The notes under the pieces are model-generated. The model was not told where the DNA came from and did no database searches. It worked only from the letters and a program-made list of their open reading frames with translations. From Bacteroidia bacterium (GTDB lineage Bacteria > Bacteroidota > Bacteroidia > NS11-12g > UBA955), in contig JBDNFC010000016.1 in assembly GCA_041690035.1 (NCBI GenBank), positions 113,092 to 177,091 of the forward strand: a DNA stretch of 64,000 nt, in the 5' to 3' direction. Below, one piece after another: positions 1 through 10,119 of the stretch (positions are counted from its first letter, which is position 1; the number at the start of each line of letters is the position of its first letter). Both the position numbers and the translations under genes were made by a program.

Positions 1-1
1 G

Positions 2-1129
2 ATGCTAAGCTTTATAGTTTATGGAGGCAAAAGCCTTTCTAGTTATCCTGAATTTAATAAAGTATCAGTAGCTAATAATTTGTATAAAGTAGAAAAAAGA
101 AAAGTGGCTATGCAACACAGAATGTCAATTGGCACAATAGAAAGTGATGCTGCAATTTCTGTTAAAATGCTTAATGGAAAATACCTTGGTAATATGGAAG
201 AATATTTTATAAGTAAATTAAAGGTAGGTGATCCATTTGTCTTTTCTGGAAAGATTTTAGAGTTTGTTAAAATGGCTGACAATGCTGCAATTGTAAAAAA
301 TAGCGTAAAAAAAAATGCCATAGTACCTGCTTGGGCTGGAGGTCGTATGAGTTTTAGCAATCAAATAAGCTATTGGCTAAGCCATTTATTAAATAATCTA
401 CAGGCCTATAATTATGCAGAATTAGATTTGTTAACTCCCTTATTAGATTTGCAACAAATGCGCAGTGAATTGCCCACAAGGCGTGGATTATTAATTGAAA
501 AAATGGAGTCAAAAGAGGGGTATCATTTATTTGCTTATCCAATGGCAGGGCGCACCTTGCATGAGGGAATAGCAATGCTAATGGCATATAGGCTTTCTAA
601 ACAAGGCAATGCAAGCTATAGCATAGCAATGAATGATTATGGATTTGAGCTCTTATCAGATACCCCAATACCTATAGAAGAAGCCATTGAAAAATATGAC
701 TTATTTAGTCCAGATAATTTGTATGACGATATGTGCAATGCCAATAATTATAGTCAAATGGCTAGCAAAAAATTTAGTAACATTGCAAATGTAGCAGGTA
801 TTATTTTTAAAGGAACACCAAACAAGCCAATAAAGAACAAGCACTTACGGGCAAATTCTAATCTTTTTTATAAAGTTTTTAGACAATATGATGCAGATAA
901 TTTATTGCTTCGTCAGGCAGACGAGGAGGTAATTCATCAACATTTAGAGCATCATAGGGTAGTGGCTATATTTGAGCAAATAGCTGAAGGTAAAATTTTT
1001 ATAACTAATATTGATGGCATTACTCCATTTTGTTTTCCAATTATGGTGGATCGATTTAGAGAACAATTAAGCACAGAGCAGCTTGCTGATAGAATAAAAA
1101 AAATGATTGACCAAGCGGAGTTTAAATAA
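2..1129 (+). CDS. Lhr-like ligase-associated DNA damage response DEXH-box helicase, C-terminal part (5' truncated by window edge)
   Basis: Open frame from the window edge to TAA at 1127-1129. The segments HLFAYPMAGRTLHEG, MNDYGFELLSD and TPFCFPIMVDRFREQLS are typical of the C-terminus of this helicase family. Confidence 0.85.
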   Translation: MLSFIVYGGKSLSSYPEFNKVSVANNLYKVEKRKVAMQHRMSIGTIESDAAISVKMLNGKYLGNMEEYFISKLKVGDPFVFSGKILEFVKMADNAAIVKNSVKKNAIVPAWAGGRMSFSNQISYWLSHLLNNLQAYNYAELDLLTPLLDLQQMRSELPTRRGLLIEKMESKEGYHLFAYPMAGRTLHEGIAMLMAYRLSKQGNASYSIAMNDYGFELLSDTPIPIEEAIEKYDLFSPDNLYDDMCNANNYSQMASKKFSNIANVAGIIFKGTPNKPIKNKHLRANSNLFYKVFRQYDADNLLLRQADEEVIHQHLEHHRVVAIFEQIAEGKIFITNIDGITPFCFPIMVDRFREQLSTEQLADRIKKMIDQAEFK

Positions 1130-1212
1130 ATAATTCTATAAATGAAACTTAATTATCGATAAAAAACTCTGGAAACTTTTAAAACTGTAATAGTTTTTTA
1201 ATTTTATTAATG

Positions 1213-1220
1213 TAGTTTTG
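1213..1220 (+). promoter_or_regulatory. Bacteroidota sigma-A -7 box (TAGTTTTG) for the tetR-efflux operon
   Basis: Matches TAnnTTTG, 24 nt upstream of the TTG start. Confidence 0.65.
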
Positions 1221-1244
1221 CCCCAAAATTTATAGGTTAAAGAT

Positions 1245-1856
1245 TTGTCATTAAAATCAAAAATATTATCGGCTGCCGAGCAAATGTATCTTCGTTTTGG
1301 TTTACGCAGTGTTACTATGGATGACATTGCCTCTGAACTTGCCATGTCTAAAAAAACAATTTATCAATATATAAAGGATAAAAAGGAATTAGTGCAATTG
1401 GCGATGGATAAAAACATGTGTGATCATGAAAAAGAAAGCAATGCTATTTTTAAAGAAATTTTGCATCCAATAGACCAAATGGTTGCCATTTTTGATATGG
1501 TGCATCGCAGAACAAAATCTATGCATCCTTCTCTTTTATTCGAACTAAAGCGAATTTATCCAGAGTTATTTAAAAAAATTAATGGATTTAGGGAGGAATT
1601 TGTTTTTAAAAAAATTTTACTCAATATTAAAAAAGGGGTAGAAATGGGGCTATATAGAAATGATTTTGATATAGCACTTATAGCAAGATTTTACATAATA
1701 TGTATTGAAGAAACATTGCAGCAAAAAAAGGGCGAGGAAACTCAAATACCCCATAAACAATACGAATTGATGAATTATCATTTACGCGGAATAGTAACAG
1801 AAATGGGTTTAAATTATCTTACCAAACATCCTATAAATAATGGAAATAAAATATAA
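1245..1856 (+). CDS. TetR/AcrR family transcriptional regulator
   Basis: N-terminal HTH (GLRSVTMDDIASELAMSKKTIYQY); TTG start; first gene of the efflux operon. Confidence 0.93.
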   Translation: MSLKSKILSAAEQMYLRFGLRSVTMDDIASELAMSKKTIYQYIKDKKELVQLAMDKNMCDHEKESNAIFKEILHPIDQMVAIFDMVHRRTKSMHPSLLFELKRIYPELFKKINGFREEFVFKKILLNIKKGVEMGLYRNDFDIALIARFYIICIEETLQQKKGEETQIPHKQYELMNYHLRGIVTEMGLNYLTKHPINNGNKI

Positions 1857-3240
1857 AAAATTAGTTAGCTTTGTCTTAGGCATTTGCTTTACAATTGGTT
1901 TGTCGGCTCAAGACAGCACTTATAGCTTTAGTATGCAGCAGTGCATAGATTATGCAAAAGTAAATCATCCACAGATAAAAATGGGAAATGCCGATGTAAT
2001 TATTGCAAAAGCAGATGTGAAAGATGTAATGGCAATGGGTTTACCTCAAGTAAATATTGGTGCCAATTTTAACCATAATCTAAAAATTGCAACTCAGGTT
2101 TTACCAGATTTTATTTCGCCAAGCGTATATGGTGTGTTGTATGGCGAAAGGGTATTAAATCCTGCCACAAATCCACCACCTAATTTTGGTGCAACCCCAG
2201 TTCAGTTTGGCGTGCCATACTCTGTTACAGCAAATGCTACACTTAGTCAATTAATATTTGACGGCACCTATTTTTTAGGACTAAAGGCCGCAAATCAGTA
2301 TGTAAATATGAGCAAATTGCAAGCAGAGAAAAGTGCGATTGATATTGTTGAAAATGTTTCTAAAAGTTATTTGTTAATTTTAACCACCCAAGAAAATAAA
2401 AAATTAGTAGAAGATAACCTTATTGTTATTAATGCCACAATTAAAGAAATGAAAGCACTATTAGCCAATGGATTTGCAGAAAAACTTGATGTTGAGCGGT
2501 TAGAACTTTCTCAATCATCTTTGGAAATAAGGGCAAAAAGTATTTCTCAGCAAGTAGTTATATTACAGCAAAGTCTCAAGTTTAATATGGGTATGCCTGT
2601 AAATTATACATTAAACCTTACGGATTCAATAAAGGGAATTATGGCACAAAGTAATTTAATGACTGCTGCCAATTTTGATATTAGCCAAATACAAGACTAT
2701 AAAATATTGAGTCAAAATCAAGTTTTACAAGAAATGAATAAGGATAGAAATATTGTTGGCCGATACCCTACAGTGCGGCTGAATGCAAACTATGGGCAAC
2801 AAAGTTTTGCAACAAAAAATGATTTTAACAGTCTTGGGAGCGAGTGGTTTCCTTTATCTAGCTATACAGTGGCAGTTAATGTGCCAATTTGGGATGGCAA
2901 TGCTAGGCGTGCCAAAATTATCAAAGCTGAGCAAAACATCACGAAAAATGAATTAATGATGCAAAATTTAGCCAATGCAGCTACCCTGCAATTTAATTCT
3001 GCTCAGGTGCGATATAGTACTTCATTAGAACTAATGGATTTGCAACAAAAAAATCTGCAAATCGCTTCCGAAATTTATAAGAAAGCAGCTATAAAACTTA
3101 AGGAAGGATTAGGGAGTAGCTTAGAACTGGTGCAAGCAGAAACCGATTATAAAGCGGCTCAAATTAGTTACTTAAATAGCATTTACGATGTTTTGTTGGC
3201 AAATGTTGAGCTAAAAAAATCTTTAGGACAATTAAAATAA
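1840..3240 (+). CDS. TolC family outer membrane efflux protein
   Basis: Signal peptide, OEP-like helical repeats and C-terminal LELVQAETDY...Y motif; overlaps tetR by 17 nt. Confidence 0.92.
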   Translation: MEIKYKKLVSFVLGICFTIGLSAQDSTYSFSMQQCIDYAKVNHPQIKMGNADVIIAKADVKDVMAMGLPQVNIGANFNHNLKIATQVLPDFISPSVYGVLYGERVLNPATNPPPNFGATPVQFGVPYSVTANATLSQLIFDGTYFLGLKAANQYVNMSKLQAEKSAIDIVENVSKSYLLILTTQENKKLVEDNLIVINATIKEMKALLANGFAEKLDVERLELSQSSLEIRAKSISQQVVILQQSLKFNMGMPVNYTLNLTDSIKGIMAQSNLMTAANFDISQIQDYKILSQNQVLQEMNKDRNIVGRYPTVRLNANYGQQSFATKNDFNSLGSEWFPLSSYTVAVNVPIWDGNARRAKIIKAEQNITKNELMMQNLANAATLQFNSAQVRYSTSLELMDLQQKNLQIASEIYKKAAIKLKEGLGSSLELVQAETDYKAAQISYLNSIYDVLLANVELKKSLGQLK

Positions 3241-3245
3241 AAAAA

Positions 3246-4406
3246 ATGAATTTAAACAATAAAATCAAATCATTGGCCTTTTTTTGTATTTCAATCGGTA
3301 TCATTTTCTTTGCTAGCTGCGGAAAAAATAAAGATACTCTGCTTGCTGAAAAGCGAGCAGGTTTAGATAAATTGCAAAAAGAAATAGCTAAACTAAGTTT
3401 GGATGCAGACAAATTAAAAAGTGAAATAGCAAGTCTAGATAGCACAGGAAATGCATATTATGTAGATGTGAATGTAGATACGGTTTCAGCTGTTACATTT
3501 ACAAATAAGGTTGAACTTCAAGGAATTGTGGAATCAAAAAACACTGTAGATGTTACTGCAGAAGCCGGTGGGTTGATAACCAGCATTTTGGTAAAACAAG
3601 GCAGTAGCGTGCGTGCTGGACAAGTAATTGCTACATTAGATAATAGCACTTATAGCAGTCAAATAGCTGAGTTGAAAAATGCACTAAGCTTAGCAGTAAT
3701 TACTTACGATAGGCAATCAAACTTGTTTAAACAAAATATAGGTACAGAAATGCAACTATTGCAAGCCAAAAATAGGGTAGATGATTTGAAACAAAAAATA
3801 TATACCACACAATCTATGTCTGCTAAATATGTTGTAAAAGCACCTTATAGTGGTATTATAGATGAAGTTTTTTTGGCCAAAGGAGAAATGGCAGGTCCAG
3901 GTATGCCACTAGCTAGATTGGTAAATCAAGGAGATAATGTTATAAAAATTCAGGCCTCAGAAAAGTTTATCGGATCATTTAAAAAAGGCGAAAAAGTTAT
4001 TGTAAACTATCCAGTTTTAAATCTAAAGGCAGAAGAGAAAATAGAAACTGTAGGGCAAAATATAGACCCTGAAAATCGATCTTTTTATATCTATATCAAA
4101 CCTACCAAATACCTTAATTTGATAAAACCAAACTTGCTTTCTGTAATAGAAATTAATGATTTTGAAGCTTCTGGAGCAATTACTATACCTACAAAAATAA
4201 TTTATAAACTAAACAACGAACGCTATATTTACATCGCTATTAAAAATGATAAAGGCCAATTTGTTGCCAAAAGGCAGTCAATCGAAATAGCGCGTTCTTT
4301 TATTGATAAAACTATAATTAGCAATGGGTTAAAAGCAAATGATTTGGTTATAAGTACTGGTTTTCAGAATGTATCAGAAGGCGATTTATTAAATATTGTA
4401 GAATAA
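3246..4406 (+). CDS. RND efflux periplasmic adaptor (MFP) lipoprotein
   Basis: Lipobox FFASC; lipoyl/hairpin motifs (V.QGSSVRAGQVIATLD, VKAPYSGII); lies between TolC and the RND permease. Confidence 0.92.
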   Translation: MNLNNKIKSLAFFCISIGIIFFASCGKNKDTLLAEKRAGLDKLQKEIAKLSLDADKLKSEIASLDSTGNAYYVDVNVDTVSAVTFTNKVELQGIVESKNTVDVTAEAGGLITSILVKQGSSVRAGQVIATLDNSTYSSQIAELKNALSLAVITYDRQSNLFKQNIGTEMQLLQAKNRVDDLKQKIYTTQSMSAKYVVKAPYSGIIDEVFLAKGEMAGPGMPLARLVNQGDNVIKIQASEKFIGSFKKGEKVIVNYPVLNLKAEEKIETVGQNIDPENRSFYIYIKPTKYLNLIKPNLLSVIEINDFEASGAITIPTKIIYKLNNERYIYIAIKNDKGQFVAKRQSIEIARSFIDKTIISNGLKANDLVISTGFQNVSEGDLLNIVE

Positions 4407-4407
4407 T

Positions 4408-7400
4408 ATGACAGCAAAAAAGAAAAATGTCATTAAATCCTTTGGTTTATCCAACATAGCTTTAAAGAATAGTATAAGCGTTTATGTTATTATCATTATC
4501 ATAGCTATAGCTGGGGTAAATGCCTATACAAGTATGCCTAAGGAGAGTTTTCCTGAAATTAAGCAATCCACCATCTTTATCAATACTGCTTATCCTGGAA
4601 ATTCACCTGTGGATATTGAAAATTTAATCACAAGACCGCTAGAAAAAGAGATAAACACCATTACTGGCATCAAAAAGTTGAAATCGCAAAGCATTCAAGA
4701 TTTTTCTATTATTATTGTGGAATTTAATGTGGATGTGCCTGTAGAAGAAGCATTGTCTGATGTAAAAGACGCAGTCGATAAAGCTAAAAGTGAATTGCCA
4801 AATGATTTGCCAAAGGAGCCTTCAGTTGTTGAACTAGATTTTAGTGAAATACCAGTAATGAACCTTAATATTTATGGAAATTTACCATACGAAGATTTAA
4901 AAATTCACGCAGAATATTTAGAGGATAAAATTGAAGATATACCAGAAATATCAAGTGTTGATATAGCTGGCTTGCAAGAAAAAGAAGTGAAAGTATCTGT
5001 AAATTTGCCACAAATAGAAAGTGTTCAGTTAAGCTTAAATGACATTGTGCGTGCTATTCAGGCTGAAAATACTACAATATCTGGAGGAGATATTAAAATG
5101 ATTGATGGCAACAACAATGTTAGCAGGAGAACCATAAGGGTAGATGGGGAATATAATGATTACTCAAAAATTGGTAATATTGTCGTAAAAAACGAAAATC
5201 AAAAGGTAGTTTATCTGCGAGATATTGCTACAATTACTTTTGATGAGGTAGAGCCAACATCATTTGCAAGGCTGGGCGGTAAACCAGTGTTAACCTTAGA
5301 TATTAAAAAGAAATCTGGGGCCAATCTGATTGTGGCAGCTGCATCAATTCAAAAAATATTACTCGATGCCAAAACCAACCGTTTTCCGAATGAACTTAAA
5401 ACAGTAATCACCAATGATCAATCTAAGCAAACTTTAAATATGGTATCTAACCTAGAAAGCAGTATTTATATGGGTATCATTTTGGTTGTACTTGTGCTTC
5501 TTTTTTTTATGGGGCTACGAAGTGCTATTTTTGTAGGTATTGCTATTCCTTTAAGTATGTTGTTAGGTTTTATCTTTTTGAATTTAGGAGGAAATACACT
5601 TAACTTTATGGTACTTTTTTCACTTATCTTGGCCTTGGGTATGCTAGTAGATAATGGCATTGTGGTGGTAGAAAATATATACAGATTGCTTAATGAAGGA
5701 TACAGTAAATCTGAAGCGGCAAAACTGGGTGTGGGAGAAGTAGCAGTGCCTATTATTGCCTCTACAGCCACAACGGTAGCTGCATTTTTTCCGCTTTTAT
5801 TTTGGAAATCACTGGTGGGCGAGTTTATGAAATTTTTGCCTATAACAGTAATTATTGTGCTTTCTGCATCTCTGTTTGTGGGGCTGGTGGTTAATCCTGT
5901 TATCACACGAGCATTTATTAAAACAAGCGAAGAAGAAAAAGCTAAAAAACAACATTTTTGGCGCAATTTAATTATCGTTTTTATAGCTGCTTTAATATTT
6001 TTCTTTATATTTCCATCGGCAAGAGTTTTTGGCGGGTTGTTATTTGCAATTGGAATTTTTATGGTATTGCATAAATTTGTTTTAGAACCGGCTTCAAAGA
6101 AATTTATGAATAATTTTTTACCAAAATTAGAAAATAAATATGCCATTTTATTATCCTATCTTTTAAATCATAGAATTAAAATATTGCTTAGCACTGTTTT
6201 TTTGATGTTTTTTAGTATAATAGGGTTTTTTTTTATATCGAGTCCAAAAGTGCTATTTTTTCCAGACAATGAACCTAAAATGGCAATGGTATTTATTGAA
6301 GCACCCTTAGGTACTGATATAGAAACTACCAATAAACTAACAAAAGAATTAGAAAAAAAAGTAAATGCAGCAATTGCTCCAAATAGAAATGTGGTAGAGG
6401 CTGTTTTAGCACAAGTTGGTGAGCGCACAGGCGATCCTAGAGAAGGACCACAGGTAGGTAATTCTCCTCATAAAGCAAAAATAACTGTTTCATTTTTGGA
6501 GTATCAAGATAGGCAAGCCATTAGTGATATTTCTACTTCTAAAATTTTAGAGGATATAAGAATTGCAGTAAATAATTTTCCTCAGGCAAATATAACTGTT
6601 GCTAAAGATCAGAATGGGCCACCCGTGGGCAAACCAATTAATGTTGAGGTAAAGGGTGATGATTATTTGAAATTGATTAGTTATACAGAAAAGTTAAAAA
6701 AAATAATGGAAGATGCCAACATTCCTGGTGTGGACAAACTTAAATTTGACTTAGAAACAGGTAAACCTGAATTAATTTTTTCTGTCAATAGAGATGCAGC
6801 AGGAAGATTTGGGGTAAGCACTCAGCAAATGGCCATGGCAATTAGAGATGCTCTTTTTGGCAGAGAAGCGAGTAAGTATAAAGAGGGCGAGGATGATTAT
6901 AAAATTCAAGTGCGCCTTGCTGACGTGTATAGGTATAATATTAGTGCAATAGAAAATATGAAAGTAACCTTTAGAAACAATAAGGGTAGAATTGTACAAG
7001 TGCCCATATCATCTATTGCCACAATGGAGTTTAGCAGCACTTATGGTGCAGTAAAACGACAAGATATGGAAAAGGTATTAAGTATTTTTAGCAACGTAAA
7101 CGAAGGCAGCAACCCTACCGAAATTGTAAACAAATTTAAAGATCTTTTGGCAAAGGAGGCTCCAAAAGTTGAAGGCATCACTTGGAAGTTTGCAGGCGAA
7201 CAAGAAGAGCAAGATCAATCTTCGGCATTTTTAGGCAATGCTATGCTCATGGCTTTATTTGTTGTTTTCTTGATTATTGTAACCCAATTTAATAGTATTT
7301 TAAATCCTTTGATAATTATGATAAGCATATTATTTAGCACCATTGGAGTGTTTTTAGGATTATGGATATTTAATATGCCATTTGTAATATTGATGTGTGG

Positions 7401-7833
7401 TATTGGTATAATATCACTTGCCGGGGTAGTGGTTAATAATGCCATTGTGTTAATAGATTATATCAATCAGTTGAGGGCAAGAAAAAGAGCCGAATTGGGC
7501 ATGAAAGAAGGCGAAGTGCTAAGTAATGAAGAAGTAACAGAAATGATTATAAAAGGGGGGGCTACCAGGCTTAGACCAGTTTTGTTAACTGCTATCACCA
7601 CAGTACTTGGTTTAATTCCATTGGCTACTGGTTTAAATTTTGATTTTAATGGATTATTTACAAAGCTAAATCCTAATATTTATTGGGGAGGAGACAATGC
7701 TAGTTTTTGGGGGCCATTGAGTTGGACAATTATTTTCGGACTCACTTTTGCTACTTTTCTCACACTTATTGTAGTGCCTATAATGTATTCGCTAACGGAA
7801 CAATTAAGCAGATGGTTAAATAGAAATAAATAA
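4408..7833 (+). CDS. RND efflux permease subunit (AcrB family)
   Basis: 1141 aa with GMLVDNGIVVVENI, GVVVNNAIVLID and RLRPVLLTAITT motifs. Confidence 0.96.
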   Translation: MTAKKKNVIKSFGLSNIALKNSISVYVIIIIIAIAGVNAYTSMPKESFPEIKQSTIFINTAYPGNSPVDIENLITRPLEKEINTITGIKKLKSQSIQDFSIIIVEFNVDVPVEEALSDVKDAVDKAKSELPNDLPKEPSVVELDFSEIPVMNLNIYGNLPYEDLKIHAEYLEDKIEDIPEISSVDIAGLQEKEVKVSVNLPQIESVQLSLNDIVRAIQAENTTISGGDIKMIDGNNNVSRRTIRVDGEYNDYSKIGNIVVKNENQKVVYLRDIATITFDEVEPTSFARLGGKPVLTLDIKKKSGANLIVAAASIQKILLDAKTNRFPNELKTVITNDQSKQTLNMVSNLESSIYMGIILVVLVLLFFMGLRSAIFVGIAIPLSMLLGFIFLNLGGNTLNFMVLFSLILALGMLVDNGIVVVENIYRLLNEGYSKSEAAKLGVGEVAVPIIASTATTVAAFFPLLFWKSLVGEFMKFLPITVIIVLSASLFVGLVVNPVITRAFIKTSEEEKAKKQHFWRNLIIVFIAALIFFFIFPSARVFGGLLFAIGIFMVLHKFVLEPASKKFMNNFLPKLENKYAILLSYLLNHRIKILLSTVFLMFFSIIGFFFISSPKVLFFPDNEPKMAMVFIEAPLGTDIETTNKLTKELEKKVNAAIAPNRNVVEAVLAQVGERTGDPREGPQVGNSPHKAKITVSFLEYQDRQAISDISTSKILEDIRIAVNNFPQANITVAKDQNGPPVGKPINVEVKGDDYLKLISYTEKLKKIMEDANIPGVDKLKFDLETGKPELIFSVNRDAAGRFGVSTQQMAMAIRDALFGREASKYKEGEDDYKIQVRLADVYRYNISAIENMKVTFRNNKGRIVQVPISSIATMEFSSTYGAVKRQDMEKVLSIFSNVNEGSNPTEIVNKFKDLLAKEAPKVEGITWKFAGEQEEQDQSSAFLGNAMLMALFVVFLIIVTQFNSILNPLIIMISILFSTIGVFLGLWIFNMPFVILMCGIGIISLAGVVVNNAIVLIDYINQLRARKRAELGMKEGEVLSNEEVTEMIIKGGATRLRPVLLTAITTVLGLIPLATGLNFDFNGLFTKLNPNIYWGGDNASFWGPLSWTIIFGLTFATFLTLIVVPIMYSLTEQLSRWLNRNK

Positions 7834-7876
7834 TGGGTTTATATTTAAATGATATAAATTTTGAATTTGCAAGGGT

Positions 7877-8887
7877 TTAATTTAGCAATTTTAAACCTAT
7901 ATTAGCTAAAGAGTCTTTAGGATTTATTTCTAAAACTTTTTTGTAATTGCTTTTTGCCATTGCCTTGTCATTCATTTTTTCATAAGTAAAAGCCCTAAGG
8001 TTCATTGCATTTGTATAATTTGGGTCTAATAAAATTATTTTATCCAAAGTAGAAAGTGCCTTTTCATAATTCTCGAATTTTACATCTATAAATGCACTTG
8101 AATAGGCTGCAAATCTATGCCCAGGGTTTAAAGTTAATGCCTGCTTATAAAATTGATATGCATCTTTATATTGATTTTGTTGTTGATTTATCATACCAAG
8201 AGCATAATTGGCTTCGTCACTATCAGGATTTATTCTTATGGCGTTGTTGTAAAAACCTCGCGCCAGTTTAGGGTCTTTTTTTTCATAAATAATGCCCAAT
8301 TGCATATATGCATCATAATAGTTATTGTCTATTTCTTTTGATTTAAAAAACATTTCTTCTGCCTTGTCTAAAAAATTATTTTCTTTAAAAGCCAACCCTT
8401 TGTAAAAGTGTGCTTTTGCATTATTTGGGTCTATTAGTATAAGTTCATCAAATTTTGCTAAAGCACTTTCATACTCTTGTCTTGCTAATTTTATTTTTCC
8501 TAATAAAAATATTGCATCTTCAAAATTAGGAGCAGTTTTTATTGCTTTTTCAAGTAACTCTGCCGCAGATTGTATATCAACCGAGTCTTTTGCCATCATC
8601 AAATCTGCTTTTTTATACATATATACCGCATTTTCTTTATCTAATATTAGCGCAGCAGAAATGTCTATCATGGCCTCTTCATTTCGATTACTTTTTGTCC
8701 ATTCATTTGCCCTTAAGTAATAATATTCGTGATTTTTTGGTTCTTTTTTTATTTTTTCTGATAAATTTAAAATTTGTTTGCTTAAAGTGGAGTCGCTATA
8801 GTTAATTATTACACCATTTATAGTACCTTGTTTACAGCTATTTAGGCCAAAAAATATAGCAATTGAAATTAAAATAAAGTTTCTCAT
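7877..8887 (-). CDS. Tetratricopeptide repeat lipoprotein
   Basis: Lipobox LNSC; tandem TPR patterns (A.F.KGLA, AY.QLG.IY, ANYALG, NPGHRFA); ATG verified at 8887-8885. Confidence 0.85.
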   Translation of the reverse strand: MRNFILISIAIFFGLNSCKQGTINGVIINYSDSTLSKQILNLSEKIKKEPKNHEYYYLRANEWTKSNRNEEAMIDISAALILDKENAVYMYKKADLMMAKDSVDIQSAAELLEKAIKTAPNFEDAIFLLGKIKLARQEYESALAKFDELILIDPNNAKAHFYKGLAFKENNFLDKAEEMFFKSKEIDNNYYDAYMQLGIIYEKKDPKLARGFYNNAIRINPDSDEANYALGMINQQQNQYKDAYQFYKQALTLNPGHRFAAYSSAFIDVKFENYEKALSTLDKIILLDPNYTNAMNLRAFTYEKMNDKAMAKSNYKKVLEINPKDSLANIGLKLLN

Positions 8888-8909
8888 AGAATTTTATGCA
8901 AATTACCCT

Positions 8910-8917
8910 TATTTTTG
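8910..8917 (+). promoter_or_regulatory. -7 box (TATTTTTG) for hmgA
   Basis: Consensus match 20 nt upstream of ATG 8938, which argues against the longer start at 8896. Confidence 0.6.
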
Positions 8918-8937
8918 ACAAAAAAAAAGAAATACTT

Positions 8938-10095
8938 ATGTCATTTTACCATCGGTTAGGAAATATTCCAAAAAAACGCCACACTCAGTTCAGAAAAACA
9001 GACGGTACACTATATTCGGAAGAATTAGTAAGCACAGAAGGTTTTAGCAGTGATTATTCGCTTGTTTATCATTGCCACCCGCCTACTTTAGTTAAAGAAA
9101 TAGGCAAACATTATAGTGTAGCGCCCAATATTGCCATAAATGTAAATATGCAAGCCCGCAGTTTTATGACATTTAATACACCTCCTCATGATGATTATCT
9201 TAAAAGCAGAGTTCCATTGTTAGTAAACAGCGATTTACATATAGTTAGTGCAGCGCCTAGAAAAAGTATGGAAGATTATTTTTTTAAAAATTCAGATGCT
9301 GATGAAGTTATTTTTGTACACCAAGGCAAAGGAACGCTAAAAAGTATTTATGGAGAAATTAGTTTTGAATATGGGGATTACTTGGTTATTCCTAGAGGCA
9401 CAATATATCAAATTAAATTTGAAGATGAAAACAATCGGTTGTTAATCACAGAGTCTTTTAGTCCTATCACAATGCCGAAGCGCTATCAAAATAAGCAAGG
9501 TCAATTAATGGAACATTCTCCTTTTTGCGAGCGCGATATAAAATTACCAACCTATGTTGAACCTATTGACCAAAAAGGTGATTTTAAAGTGATGATAAAA
9601 AAACAAGGACATATATTTCCGTATATTTATGCCGCACATCCATTTGATGCGGTGGGGTGGGATGGGCATGTTTATGTCTATGCTTTTTCTATCCATGATT
9701 TTGAACCTATCACAGGTAGGGTGCATCAACCTCCTCCAATACATCAAACATTTGAAGGCCGTAATTTTGTAATCTGCAGTTTTGTGCCTCGTTTATATGA
9801 TTATCATCCATTATCAATACCTGCCCCCTACAATCATAGCAATGTAGATAGTGATGAAATATTGTATTATGTAGATGGAGATTTTATGAGCAGAAAACAT
9901 GTAGAAAAAGGCATGATTACATTACACCCAAAGGGTATCCCTCATGGGCCGCACCCTGGCACCGTAGAAAAAAGTATTGGAAAAAAAGAAACCTCAGAAC
10001 TTGCAGTGATGATAGATCCGTTTTATCCATTGCAAATTACCAAAGAAGCATTGTCCATGGAAGACCCCAATTATTACAAATCTTGGCTAGTGTAG
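8938..10095 (+). CDS. hmgA: Homogentisate 1,2-dioxygenase
   Basis: Motifs YHRLGNIPKKRHTQFR, VHQPPPIHQTF, PAPYNHSNVDSDE and TLHPKGIPHGPHPG. Start moved to ATG 8938. Confidence 0.93.
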   Translation: MSFYHRLGNIPKKRHTQFRKTDGTLYSEELVSTEGFSSDYSLVYHCHPPTLVKEIGKHYSVAPNIAINVNMQARSFMTFNTPPHDDYLKSRVPLLVNSDLHIVSAAPRKSMEDYFFKNSDADEVIFVHQGKGTLKSIYGEISFEYGDYLVIPRGTIYQIKFEDENNRLLITESFSPITMPKRYQNKQGQLMEHSPFCERDIKLPTYVEPIDQKGDFKVMIKKQGHIFPYIYAAHPFDAVGWDGHVYVYAFSIHDFEPITGRVHQPPPIHQTFEGRNFVICSFVPRLYDYHPLSIPAPYNHSNVDSDEILYYVDGDFMSRKHVEKGMITLHPKGIPHGPHPGTVEKSIGKKETSELAVMIDPFYPLQITKEALSMEDPNYYKSWLV

Positions 10096-10119
10096 GCTGT
10101 TTTTAAATTCAGACTTTTT

